From Deltaproteobacteria bacterium (GTDB lineage: Bacteria; Myxococcota_A; Polyangia; Fen-1088), in contig JANRKS010000014.1 in NCBI GenBank assembly GCA_033763315.1, positions 1 to 16,611 on the forward strand: a DNA stretch of 16,611 nt, read 5' to 3'. Below are positions 1 to 8,918 of the stretch, piece by piece; positions within the stretch are counted from its first letter, which is position 1, and each line of letters begins with the position of its first letter. Made by a program: the position numbers and the translations under genes. The notes under the pieces are model-generated. The model did no database searches. It had not been told where the DNA came from and saw only the letters and a list, made by a program, of their open reading frames with translations.

Positions 1-411
1 GCAAGCATCGGCCTCTGCGGTCACTCGATGGGCGGCCACGGGGCCTTAACCTTGTTTCAAAAGCACCCAGGCAAGTTCCGCTCGCTATCCGCGTTCGCGC
101 CCATTTGTGCGGCTTCGCAGTCATCATGGTCGAACAAAGCGTTTACCGCTTACTTCGGCGATGATCTCGCACAATGGAAGGCACACGACGCGTGCGAGTT
201 GTTGCAGACGCAGGGGCCCCTGAACGTGCCGATCCTTGTGGACCAAGGTATGAGCGATCCGTTTCTGCAAAGGCTGCAGCCGGAGCTTTTGGAAGCTGCC
301 GCCGCGAAGGTGGGGCAACACCTGACCTTGCGGCGACACCAGGGCTACGACCACGGCTATTTCTTCGTGCAATCGTTCATCGAAGATCACCTGCGCCACC
401 ACGCTGAGTGA
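1..411 (+). CDS. fghA: S-formylglutathione hydrolase (esterase D family), 5'-truncated by window edge
   Basis: Frame 1 is open from base 1 (ASIGLCGHSMGGHGA) with the GHSMG nucleophile elbow, SAFAPI, DQG..DPFL and GYDHGYFF...FIEDHL motifs of the FrmB/YeiG family. Confidence 0.93.
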   Translation, partial: ASIGLCGHSMGGHGALTLFQKHPGKFRSLSAFAPICAASQSSWSNKAFTAYFGDDLAQWKAHDACELLQTQGPLNVPILVDQGMSDPFLQRLQPELLEAAAAKVGQHLTLRRHQGYDHGYFFVQSFIEDHLRHHAE

Positions 412-514
412 GCCGGCCGGCAAACGGTCCCTGCGGACGCCCAGAAAAGAGCAACGACCATGCGTCGCATCAGCGCTTATGGGGCTTGAAGCTCGACCGT
501 GTTATGCTTCGATC

Positions 515-742
515 ATGGCCGGCGATGATGCCCAGATGGAACGCGCGTTTGAATCGCTGTACAGCGATTACAAAACGCGCTGCTTGTGGTTTCTCCGCGC
601 GGACTACAAACCGGCTACAGTCGAAGAAAAACTTCGGATCCTCACATACATCGAACGGCATGGCGATCTCGAAGCCTTTCGCCGTGTGGCTCCCGTTAGA
701 AAATGGCTCTCACAGAATTTCAAGCAACCGTCTGCAGGTTAA
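515..742 (+). CDS. small hypothetical protein, putative antitoxin/partner of downstream nucleotidyltransferase
   Basis: 75 aa, helical (CLWFLR...LTYIERHGDLEAF); overlaps the next gene by 40 nt; TGn-TATGCT -10 box 6 nt upstream of ATG 515 (alternative ATG 479). Confidence 0.7.
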   Translation: MAGDDAQMERAFESLYSDYKTRCLWFLRADYKPATVEEKLRILTYIERHGDLEAFRRVAPVRKWLSQNFKQPSAG

Positions 743-1521
743 TTGCAGCCCAGCGAATGGCGTCGGGCGAGAGCTATGTCGCGGGGGGAGTGGCTTTGAA
801 CGCGGCCCTGGCCGGTGCCAGGCTTTCTCAAGACGTGGATTTATTTCACGACACCGACAAGGCGCTTGATGCGAGTTGGTCCGCGGACCGAGCCCTGCTT
901 GTTCGCGCTGGATTCGACGTGGTACCGCTGCGCGAGAGGCCGGCTTTTGTGGAAGCAGAAGTGCGACGGGAGGGGCAAAGCGTTTTGCTCCAATGGGTGC
1001 GCGATAGCGCGTATCGCTTCTTTCCCCTCGTTGAGGATCCAACATTCGGCCTCGCGCTACACCCTTTTGACCTGGCAACAAACAAAGTCTTGGCACTGGT
1101 AGGTCGGGTTGAGGTGCGTGATTGGGTCGACACCATCTTGTGCAATGACAATCTTCAAGCCCTAGGATACGTGGCCTGGGCCGCCTGTGGCAAAGACCCT
1201 GGCTTCAGCCCATCAGCGATCATCGAACAAGCCGCACGAAGCGGTCGTTACTCCGCTGAAGAGGTGGCGTCGCTGTCATTCGACGGCGCCGCGCCCGACG
1301 CTGGACGCTTGTCGCGCCACTGGCGAGAGATTATTGAGTCGTCTCGCTTGATCGTCGAGGCCTTACCTGCTCACGAAGCCGGCAAATGTGTTCTCGATAA
1401 CGCTGGAAGATTGTTGCGAGCCCGACCTGAAGATATCCAGCCTCTGCTAGACCGTGGTGAGATCCATTTTCACAAGGGCTCTATTCGTGGCGCGCTGCCA
1501 CAGATCGCTCAGTCGGGCTGA
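703..1521 (+). CDS. nucleotidyltransferase, AbiEii/AbiGii toxin-like
   Basis: YVAGGVAL...RLSQDVDLF (GG..AL/R.S.D.D Pol-beta NTase motif) and later NKVLALVGR...RDWVD helix typical of AbiEii-like proteins. Confidence 0.8.
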   Translation: MALTEFQATVCRLIAAQRMASGESYVAGGVALNAALAGARLSQDVDLFHDTDKALDASWSADRALLVRAGFDVVPLRERPAFVEAEVRREGQSVLLQWVRDSAYRFFPLVEDPTFGLALHPFDLATNKVLALVGRVEVRDWVDTILCNDNLQALGYVAWAACGKDPGFSPSAIIEQAARSGRYSAEEVASLSFDGAAPDAGRLSRHWREIIESSRLIVEALPAHEAGKCVLDNAGRLLRARPEDIQPLLDRGEIHFHKGSIRGALPQIAQSG

Positions 1522-1578
1522 ACGCCAGAGGTAACCAAGCGCCCACGTCGTGCATCCAACGCTCCGAAAGACGAAACC

Positions 1579-2457
1579 ATGCACGAAGCCAAGCTCAAAG
1601 CCGCGGATCTTTCCGCCTTCAACACCAGCAACAGCCGCCCGATCGCCCACCGGACACCGGGGCGTAAACACGGCCCCATCACGCGTCTGATGAGCCCTGG
1701 TGATCTCGGCGAGTTGGTGAAGCCATTTGTGTTTCTCGATTACTTCGAGTCCGAGGGATTTGCAGGGCGCGGTTTCCCCGCACACCCGCACTCCGGGCTC
1801 GCCACGCATACAACCTTGATTCGCGGCACCACCGACTACGGCGACTCAACCGGAAAGTCTGGCACGCTGCGCGCGGGCAGCCTTGAGTGGATGCAGGCTG
1901 GCGGAGGCGTGTGGCATTGGGGCAGCCCGCGGGCCAGCGAGCCCGTGCGTGGTTATCAGCTGTGGGTGGCGTTGCCTGCGTCGCTTGAGCATGCGCCCGC
2001 CGAGAGCCATTACATCGATCCCGAGCAGGTGCAATCGGACGGACACGTTCGCCTGCTCTTGGGAACGTATGGCGCGCTCACGAGCCCCATTCCCTATCAC
2101 CAGCCGGTGACGTATCTGCACGTGACGTTGAACGACGGCGATCGTTGGACATTCACGCCGAACAGCGGCCACAACGTTGCCTGGTTGGCTGTGAACAAGG
2201 GCGCGCTTTCCACCGACGGCGCACGCCTGCAAGGCGAGATGGTTGTATTTGCCGAGGGGCAAGGCGCCATTGATGTGCAAGCGATTGGTGCCACTGACTT
2301 CGTGATTGGATCGGCGCAAAAACACCCTCACCCACTCGTGTGCGGGTACTACTCCGTTCACACCAGCGATGAGGCCTTGATTCGCGGTGAGAAACACATT
2401 CAAGTCATCGGCAGAACAGCGCCCGTGCAGGAAGCCATTCGCTTGACCTCCCGTTAG
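1579..2457 (+). CDS. pirin family protein (bicupin)
   Basis: PFVFLD, FPAHPHSG, DSTG, WMQAGGGVWH and YQLWVALP motifs. Confidence 0.92.
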   Translation: MHEAKLKAADLSAFNTSNSRPIAHRTPGRKHGPITRLMSPGDLGELVKPFVFLDYFESEGFAGRGFPAHPHSGLATHTTLIRGTTDYGDSTGKSGTLRAGSLEWMQAGGGVWHWGSPRASEPVRGYQLWVALPASLEHAPAESHYIDPEQVQSDGHVRLLLGTYGALTSPIPYHQPVTYLHVTLNDGDRWTFTPNSGHNVAWLAVNKGALSTDGARLQGEMVVFAEGQGAIDVQAIGATDFVIGSAQKHPHPLVCGYYSVHTSDEALIRGEKHIQVIGRTAPVQEAIRLTSR

Positions 2458-2510
2458 TGTCGCAACCCGTGCCCTCGCCTGCTGGCGCCGGGATTGGGTT
2501 GGATCAAACA

Positions 2511-3335
2511 TCACTTCGCAGGGTATTTGCTCCAACCTGAAAAGGTGTAGCCCTTGGGCACGAGTACAATCGTCAGGTGCGTTTTCACAGGACCTGCGAT
2601 GGTCATCGCGTGCTCGGAGCCCACCAGGCGCGTGTTGTTGGCCGCCCATGGGGTCTTGAAGTCATCTTCACTGACCGTTCCTTGTGCAAGGAAGTTACGC
2701 AAGATGATGCTCGTCTTCGTATGTGTTTTGAGCATTTGTCCCGTGCCCATCAAGCGGTAGGCAAGGGGCAAACAATCGTGTTTCGCATCATTGGGCCCCG
2801 ACTTATAGAGGCACAGCTCCAGACCGTAAAATCCCGACGGAGCGGCCGTCACGTCAGCGCGCACCTCCATTGAACCGTTGTAGTAGTCGATGGGCGCAAA
2901 CCAATTGTTGGGTTGGTTGTGCGTGATCGAACCGTTGGAGCCGAACGTGATGTCGGCGTCGATCCACACTTTTTCCTTGGTCATGTCGACCATGCCGATG
3001 GCACCTCCCACTGGTGCAGCGCCAGCCATACCGCCCATCGCCGCCATGCCAGCCGTGCCTGCCACGCCGCCTGTGCCGTTGCTGGTGCCTCCAGCGCCTG
3101 CAGTTATGACCGTGCCGCCGCTTCCGCCGGCCTTTCCCGCTTCGCCGCCGCCCGACCCACCCGTGGCCACAGAGCCGCCACCGCCGCCGGTCATCGGCTC
3201 GCCGTCATCTGGCTCACCGCCTGCGCCGCCCATGCCGCCTTCACCGCCGCCACCGCCACAAGCAGCCAGGCAGAGTGCAGCCGCCGTGAGTGCAACGAAC
3301 CGTCGTGGAAAGACTTCATATCGCGTAGCGCTCAT
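2511..3335 (-). CDS. hypothetical lipoprotein with Gly-rich linker
   Basis: GGAGG SD; signal peptide with lipobox LAAC; about 85-aa Gly/Ala/Thr low-complexity linker; about 150-aa globular C-terminal domain. Confidence 0.8.
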   Translation of the reverse strand: MSATRYEVFPRRFVALTAAALCLAACGGGGGEGGMGGAGGEPDDGEPMTGGGGGSVATGGSGGGEAGKAGGSGGTVITAGAGGTSNGTGGVAGTAGMAAMGGMAGAAPVGGAIGMVDMTKEKVWIDADITFGSNGSITHNQPNNWFAPIDYYNGSMEVRADVTAAPSGFYGLELCLYKSGPNDAKHDCLPLAYRLMGTGQMLKTHTKTSIILRNFLAQGTVSEDDFKTPWAANNTRLVGSEHAMTIAGPVKTHLTIVLVPKGYTFSGWSKYPAK

Positions 3336-3633
3336 CGCCGGACCTCCGAAATGGCTCGGTCAAAGCGGCCCAGAACAAACGTGCAGCACCGGGCAACTTT
3401 GAACATGACGGGGTGAGAATAGCCCTTTCAACCCGCCCGGGGCTGTGGGCAATTCCACCCATTTTCCCTTGGTCAATGGCGGGAGCCCGAGATCCGCATG
3501 GGCGCAAAGACCTTGGAATCATAGGTAAAACTCGGTTGGCCGGACGCGCTTTGTCTATGCCGCACCTGCGCAGAACCAGCGAGCCCCGGTGGCCAAGAAC
3601 GTGGCCTGAGGGCGAACAGCGGCGTGGCGCCCC

Positions 3634-3684
3634 CGTTGCGTTTACCGCAACACGTCCGGACCACGTTGCGGTTATCGCAACACG
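3634..3684. promoter_or_regulatory. tandem dyad operators (LysR-type, IlvY-like) upstream of ilvC
   Basis: GTTGCG-N5-CGCAAC at 3635-3651 and 3665-3681, 30 bp apart; the 21-bp units are 19/21 identical; each contains T-N11-A. Confidence 0.7.
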
Positions 3685-3796
3685 CTTTACCGATAATAGG
3701 CACGACGCCGACGTTGGCGCGGGGGCCTTCAGCGTCTATCTTTTGAGACCCACGCGATGCCCTTCGGCGTCGCCACCTACGAGGAGCACTGGAACA

Positions 3797-5281
3797 ATGG
3801 CCCGACAAAATTACTTTAACACCCTGACGATGGCGCAGAAGCTGGACCAGCTCGGTCGTTGCCGCTTCATGAACCGCAGCGAGTTCAACGGCGTCGAAAA
3901 GCTCCGCGGTAAGAAGGTTGTGATCGTGGGCTGCGGTGCGCAGGGCCTGAACCAAGGCCTCAACATGCGCGACTCCGGCCTCGACGTGAGCTACGCCCTG
4001 CGCGCAGACGCGATTGAGCAAAAGCGCCCCAGCTTCACCAACGCCACCAACAACGGCTTCAAGGTGGGCACGTACGAGCAGCTCATCCCCACCGCCGACT
4101 TGGTGTGCAATTTGGCACCCGATAAGCAGCACGCCGACGTGGTGACGAAGGTGATGCCGCTTATGAAGAAGGGCGCCTGCCTCGCCTACAGCCACGGCTT
4201 CAACATCGTGGAAGAAGGCCAACAGATTCGCAAAGACCTCACGGTTGTGATGGTGGCCCCGAAATGTCCTGGCACCGAGGTGCGTGAGGAGTATAAGCGC
4301 GGCTTCGGCGTGCCCACGCTCATCGCCGTTCACCAAGAAAACGATCCCAATGGCGATGGCCTTGACATCGCGAAGGCTTACGCCGCTGCCACAGGTGGCG
4401 ATCGCGCTGGTGTGCTTGAATCCAGCTTCATCGCCGAAGTGAAGAGCGATCTCATGGGCGAGCAAACGATCTTGTGCGGCATGCTGCAAACGGGATCGAT
4501 TTTGTGCTTCGACCGCATGGTTGGTTTGGGCATCGACCCCGGCTACGCCAGCAAGCTGGTGCAATACGGTTGGGAAACGATCACGGAATCGCTCAAGCAA
4601 GGTGGCATCACGTTGATGATGGATCGCCTTAGCAACCCAGCGAAGATCCGCGCCTTTGAATTGGCCGACGAATTGCGCGGCTTGATGCGACCTTTGTTCA
4701 AGAAGCACCAAGACGACATCATCACCGGTGTGTTCAGCACCACGATGATGCAAGACTGGGACAACGGCGACAAGAACCTGCTGGGTTGGCGCGCCGCCAC
4801 CAACGACACCGCGTTCGAGCGCACGCCTGCAGGCGCGCAGAAGATCAGCGAGCAAGAGTATTACGACAACGCCGTGTTGATGGTAGCGATGGTCAAGGCC
4901 GGTGTGGAACTGGCGTTCGAGTGCATGGTTGAAGTGGGCATGAAGCCTGAATCGGCCTACTACGAATCGCTCCACGAAACACCGCTCATCGCGAACTTGA
5001 TCTCGCGCAAGAAGCTTTACGAAATGAACAAGGTGATCAGCGACACCGCAGAATACGGCTGCTACTTGTTCAGCCACGCGGCGGTTCCGTTGCTCAAGGA
5101 CTTCATGAGCAAGCAACCTGTGGACGTGATCGGCAAGCCCTTCGCCCCCGGTGCGCAGCAGGTGGATAACCGCCGCTTGCTGAACGTGAACCAAGCCATC
5201 GAAAGCCACCCCGTTGAGAAGGTGGGCGCCACGCTGCGCGGCTACATGACAGCGATGAAGCAAATCGCGGTCGGCGGTTAA
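3797..5281 (+). CDS. ilvC: ketol-acid reductoisomerase, long (class II) form, 494 aa
   Basis: NYFNTL N-terminus, [62 protein letters not shown]; SD GAGGAG at 3781-3786 supports ATG 3797 over the ORF-track start 3413. Confidence 0.97.
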   Translation: MARQNYFNTLTMAQKLDQLGRCRFMNRSEFNGVEKLRGKKVVIVGCGAQGLNQGLNMRDSGLDVSYALRADAIEQKRPSFTNATNNGFKVGTYEQLIPTADLVCNLAPDKQHADVVTKVMPLMKKGACLAYSHGFNIVEEGQQIRKDLTVVMVAPKCPGTEVREEYKRGFGVPTLIAVHQENDPNGDGLDIAKAYAAATGGDRAGVLESSFIAEVKSDLMGEQTILCGMLQTGSILCFDRMVGLGIDPGYASKLVQYGWETITESLKQGGITLMMDRLSNPAKIRAFELADELRGLMRPLFKKHQDDIITGVFSTTMMQDWDNGDKNLLGWRAATNDTAFERTPAGAQKISEQEYYDNAVLMVAMVKAGVELAFECMVEVGMKPESAYYESLHETPLIANLISRKKLYEMNKVISDTAEYGCYLFSHAAVPLLKDFMSKQPVDVIGKPFAPGAQQVDNRRLLNVNQAIESHPVEKVGATLRGYMTAMKQIAVGG

Positions 5282-5283
5282 GC

Positions 5284-6627
5284 ATGACTGGGTCCGGCGA
5301 TGACCTTTGCAGCCTGAACATCGCCGGACCCGGGCTCACCCTTGTTACGGGTGCCAACGGTGGAGGAAAATCAACCGCCGCGCGCACCCTGGCGGAGCGC
5401 GTGGCGGGCAGCTGGCTGCTCTCGGCCGAATCGCAGCAGGCGTTTTATGAAGCGCAGCTAAAGGCCGACGATAGCGATCTGGGCGAAGGCGTGGACACCA
5501 CCACGCCCGTCCGTGAGTTGTTAGGCGACGCGGGCCGCGCGCATCCATTGTTCGCGGCTTTTCGTCTTGAGCCGCTGTGGGAACGGCATTACCGGCACCT
5601 GTCCACCGGTGAGGCGCGTAAGGTGCTGCTGTTGCAAGCGGTGTTGCGCGAGCCACCGCTGTTGATTCTTGACGATCCCTTTGATGGCCTCGATCGAGCG
5701 GCTTGTGACGAACTCGCGCACGCTATCGTGCAAGTGGCCGAACGGTTGAGCGTGATTGTTGTGGGGACGTTCGGTGTCAACGACGTGCCGTTTGCGTTGG
5801 AATCCCTGCGTGAAGTGGCTGTCGTCGCCAATCGTCGTGTTGTGTTTGCGGGATCGCCTTCGGCCTTTGCCGCGCGCGAGGCCGAAGGCAAAGTCGGGCG
5901 TCGCGCACCGCCCGTGAATCTTGGCAGCTGGTATGCATTGCCGGATGCCGATGCGCCGCTTGTACGCTTGGTGCAAGGTCGGGTGGCCTACGACGACGAA
6001 GTGATCTTCGACGGTTTGAATTTCACTGTACAAACCGGTCAGCACACGCTGATCGAGGGCCCCAACGGCTCAGGCAAATCAACGTTGCTCGAAATGATCA
6101 CGGGTGATCACCCGCAAGGATACAGCAACGATCTGCACCTATTCGGTCGGCGGCGCGGCACAGGCGAAACCGTATGGGAGATCAAGAAGCACATTGGCAT
6201 GGTGTCAACGCGCCTGCACCGCGACTACCGCGTGCGCTGCAGCGTTGAGGAAGTGCTGCTGAGCGGCCTTTACGACAGCATCGGCGTGTACCACGTGCCC
6301 ACGCCCACAGACCGCGCGCGCGCCCGGGAGTTTATGAAGTGGCTTGAGCTTGGCCTTGCGCCCAGCGCTTCCTTTGCAGAGCTTTCGTTTGGCCAGCAAC
6401 GCCTGGTGCTCATCGCGCGCGCCGCAATCAAGCTGCCGCCGCTGGTGGTGCTGGATGAACCAACGTCAGGCCTTGATGGCGACAACCGCGCGCGTGTGCT
6501 CGATCTGGTTGAGTCGTTGTGCACGCAGCACACAAGCACAGTTCTGATGGTCACCCACCGCACCGACGAGCGTGCGTTTTGGCAAACGCGCATCGGGGGT
6601 AGTGTGCTGTCCTTAGCTGGGCGTTAG
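5284..6627 (+). CDS. modF: ModF-like ABC ATPase with two nucleotide-binding domains
   Basis: Two Walker A motifs (GANGGGKST, GPNGSGKST), LSTGE/LSFGQ signatures and the ModF-typical ITGDHPQGYSNDL.LFGRRRG.GETVWEIKKHIG segment. Confidence 0.85.
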   Translation: MTGSGDDLCSLNIAGPGLTLVTGANGGGKSTAARTLAERVAGSWLLSAESQQAFYEAQLKADDSDLGEGVDTTTPVRELLGDAGRAHPLFAAFRLEPLWERHYRHLSTGEARKVLLLQAVLREPPLLILDDPFDGLDRAACDELAHAIVQVAERLSVIVVGTFGVNDVPFALESLREVAVVANRRVVFAGSPSAFAAREAEGKVGRRAPPVNLGSWYALPDADAPLVRLVQGRVAYDDEVIFDGLNFTVQTGQHTLIEGPNGSGKSTLLEMITGDHPQGYSNDLHLFGRRRGTGETVWEIKKHIGMVSTRLHRDYRVRCSVEEVLLSGLYDSIGVYHVPTPTDRARAREFMKWLELGLAPSASFAELSFGQQRLVLIARAAIKLPPLVVLDEPTSGLDGDNRARVLDLVESLCTQHTSTVLMVTHRTDERAFWQTRIGGSVLSLAGR

Positions 6628-6733
6628 GCGCGGAACGATTGATCGCCATACACTGCGCATCGTGCCATCCTCCCGCCGTCGTTAATGGCGGCCTGGTGTA
6701 CCGCGTTGATCATGTGCCATATTCTAGGCCTGC

Positions 6734-7195
6734 ATGAACCTCGTGGATGAACTGCACTCCGTATCCGGTGCACTGCTTGCCGCCAACATTCGCCACGCGA
6801 TCTGCGGGGGCATTGCCGTGACCATCTTCGGCGCGACCCGAACCACGAAAGACATCGACATCCTAATCAGGCCGGATGATCTTGAGGACGCACTCGATGC
6901 CATTCGACCGTTGGGATACAAGTTTGCGGCGTTACCCATGGTCTTCGATGAGGGCAGCCCGCGTGAGCGCCATGTCCAACGGGTCAGCAAGATACTGAAC
7001 GGCGATCATTTGGTCGTAGACTTTCTTCTCGAAGCAGCCGCGTTTACCGGCTTTCTTGAGGGCAGCCTTCTCGTGAACACCTCGGGCGGCCCGCTCCAGG
7101 TGGTTGCACGCGACGTGCTATTGAAAATGAAACGCATGGCCGGGCGGCCACAAGACGCCGCAGACATAGAGAAACTCGAGGCTTCGGATGAATGA
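6734..7195 (+). CDS. short nucleotidyltransferase family protein
   Basis: AICGGIAV...RTTKDIDIL NTase motif; C-terminal LLKMK..AGRPQD..DIEKL motif. Confidence 0.82.
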   Translation: MNLVDELHSVSGALLAANIRHAICGGIAVTIFGATRTTKDIDILIRPDDLEDALDAIRPLGYKFAALPMVFDEGSPRERHVQRVSKILNGDHLVVDFLLEAAAFTGFLEGSLLVNTSGGPLQVVARDVLLKMKRMAGRPQDAADIEKLEASDE

Positions 7196-7430
7196 GTTCA
7201 GCCAGCAAAACCAGCGCTTTCTCCGTGACGTTGACGAGCGGCTGAAAAGGCTACGAGAAATCTGCGTCATTGAAACCGTGGACGAGGGAAGAGCGCGCCT
7301 CGCGGCGGAGCGCCCCATGACGCACGAACCGTTCGACAAAGCCGTTGAACGCCGCCTGCGCGAACTTAGAGCCTTGATGGAACTTACCACAAGCGTACAT
7401 GCGGCCAGGACGCCTGCGGCGAAGCCTTGA
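7188..7430 (+). CDS. small helical hypothetical protein coupled to nucleotidyltransferase
   Basis: 80 aa; 8-nt overlap (ATGAATGA) with the upstream stop; charged amphipathic helices. Confidence 0.6.
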   Translation: MNEFSQQNQRFLRDVDERLKRLREICVIETVDEGRARLAAERPMTHEPFDKAVERRLRELRALMELTTSVHAARTPAAKP

Positions 7431-7515
7431 GCCGCGGGTGCTGAACGACAAGTTCGGTGCAGAAGCCGTTTTGCCACCGATGCAACGGCGCCGTGTTCGC
7501 TGTACACTCGCGGCC

Positions 7516-8307
7516 ATGAAACTTTGGGGCCGTTGGATATCGGTGTTGGCAATCGCTTCGTCTTGCGTCGCATTCGTCGCCTGTGAAGATGAAAGCGAGG
7601 GGACCCGCACGGGATCGCTTGATGCGAGCGTCGGCGCGTCGAGCGATGGTTCTTTGGATGTGCCACCTGGCAACAGGGCGGATGCGCCTGCGTTGACGGA
7701 CGCAGGCCAAGATGCCAATGGGCGCGATGGGAGGGAAGACACCAGCGCTGATGCAAGCGCAGACACTCTGGCAAGCGATGCCGCCATCTTGAGGGTCAAG
7801 ATCGATTTTGAAACAGTCAACGGCGTCACCGCTGGCCCGATCAGTGGCAGCGTTCCGATGACAGCGCGGCTGAGTGATCAATTGCAGCCGGTTTACGGCG
7901 TGACGTTTCAATCCGCGGCGAAACCATACGTCGCCTTGGTAAGGTTAGGCCAAGGGCATGCGACCAGTGGCGTGAACGGGATCGGCAGCGTGAGCGCCAC
8001 CGATACAATGGCTTATGCGACCACGACAATCACCTTCACCATGCCTGGCAACCCCGCGGTGGCAGCCGTCACCGACTTCGTTTCCATACGTGGAGATCAG
8101 ACCGCCATCAGCGGCACAGCCACGATCGAGGCGTTCGACGCGCAGCAGGTTTCATTGGGCAAAGTGACCGTGGCCGATAAGTCGGGTGGCCTGAAACTTG
8201 AGTTCCAGCACGCTGGCATCCATTCGATCGCGGTGAGCCAAGTTTCGAATACCATCGCCTATGACGATCTTGAATTTGGTGCTCTCACGCCGGCAAGCGG
8301 CCTTTAG
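7516..8307 (+). CDS. hypothetical lipoprotein
   Basis: MKLWGRWISVLAIASSCVAFVAC signal/lipobox; Asp/Ala/Ser-rich linker; beta-rich C-terminal domain (IDFE...GVTF...YDDLEF); TACACT 7 nt upstream of ATG. Confidence 0.78.
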   Translation: MKLWGRWISVLAIASSCVAFVACEDESEGTRTGSLDASVGASSDGSLDVPPGNRADAPALTDAGQDANGRDGREDTSADASADTLASDAAILRVKIDFETVNGVTAGPISGSVPMTARLSDQLQPVYGVTFQSAAKPYVALVRLGQGHATSGVNGIGSVSATDTMAYATTTITFTMPGNPAVAAVTDFVSIRGDQTAISGTATIEAFDAQQVSLGKVTVADKSGGLKLEFQHAGIHSIAVSQVSNTIAYDDLEFGALTPASGL

Positions 8308-8796
8308 CCCGGCTCAGTCGCACCCGGAAGCGACACAGACAAAATTTCCACTTCTTCTTCACCATGAGGCGTCGTGAAAGTCACAACGTCGCCCGCCGCG
8401 TGCCCGATCAACGCGCGTGCGAGCGGCGACAAAAACGACAGCCGCCCCGCTTCCGCATCCATCCACGCCCACCACTTGGTAACTACTGCGCACGCCATGC
8501 TGGTTCTGCACAACAACGAATGTTCCGAAGCGGACGTGTGAAGCACTGGTGGGCGTGACCACCGTGGCGCTGGCAATGCGCATCTCAAGTTCAACGAGTT
8601 GCGCTTGAATTCGTGTCACCGTGGCTGCATCGGCGGCGGCCGCGGCCCGAGCGGCCATGAGCTCATCGTGCTCATCCCGCAACGCCTGAAGGCCCGCAGC
8701 GGTCACGTAATTCACCTGGCCCGTCGGCAACGACGCACGCCTCGGCACCGGCCGCGGCGCCTCCGCCTCGTCCTCTTTGGTGAAGGCCTTGCTCAC
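8304..8796 (-). pseudogene. GreA/GreB-family elongation factor, frameshifted near 8460
   Basis: N-part (GTG)SKAFTKE...NYVT..GL..L...VRFG...YQVVGVD in one frame; C-part DAEAGRLSFLSPLARALIG...GDVV....P.GEEEVEILSV in another frame. Confidence 0.85.
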
Positions 8797-8860
8797 AAGG
8801 GAAGTTTGACAGACAAGCGGCGCATGGGCGCCCTTCTTCATTCTGCGGGGTGTTTCATGT

Positions 8861-8884
8861 CTCCTGACAGGACGGTGTCAGGAG
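8861..8884. promoter_or_regulatory. perfect inverted repeat, probable operator of adjacent WYL/YafY regulator
   Basis: CTCCTGACA-GGACGG-TGTCAGGAG; followed by -10-like TATGTT (8893-8898) and SD AAGGA of the VOC gene. Confidence 0.72.
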
Positions 8885-8918
8885 GGGTGCTTTATGTTGC
8901 TCGCGAAAGGACAAACCA

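Noticed and set aside
2890-3402. Pro-rich + strand ORF
   Set aside because: Antisense mirror of the Gly-rich linker of the minus-strand lipoprotein.
3634-3684. Palindromic direct repeats as a mini-CRISPR
   Set aside because: Only two 21-bp units with a 9-bp gap and no cas genes.
3413-3796. 128-aa N-terminal extension of IlvC in the ORF track
   Set aside because: Homology and SD point to ATG 3797; the region holds operator-like sites.
3473-5263. 596-aa antisense ORF
   Set aside because: Shadow of strongly codon-biased ilvC; no recognisable motifs.
6673-6691. Hairpin after modF as terminator
   Set aside because: Short stem and no U-tract.
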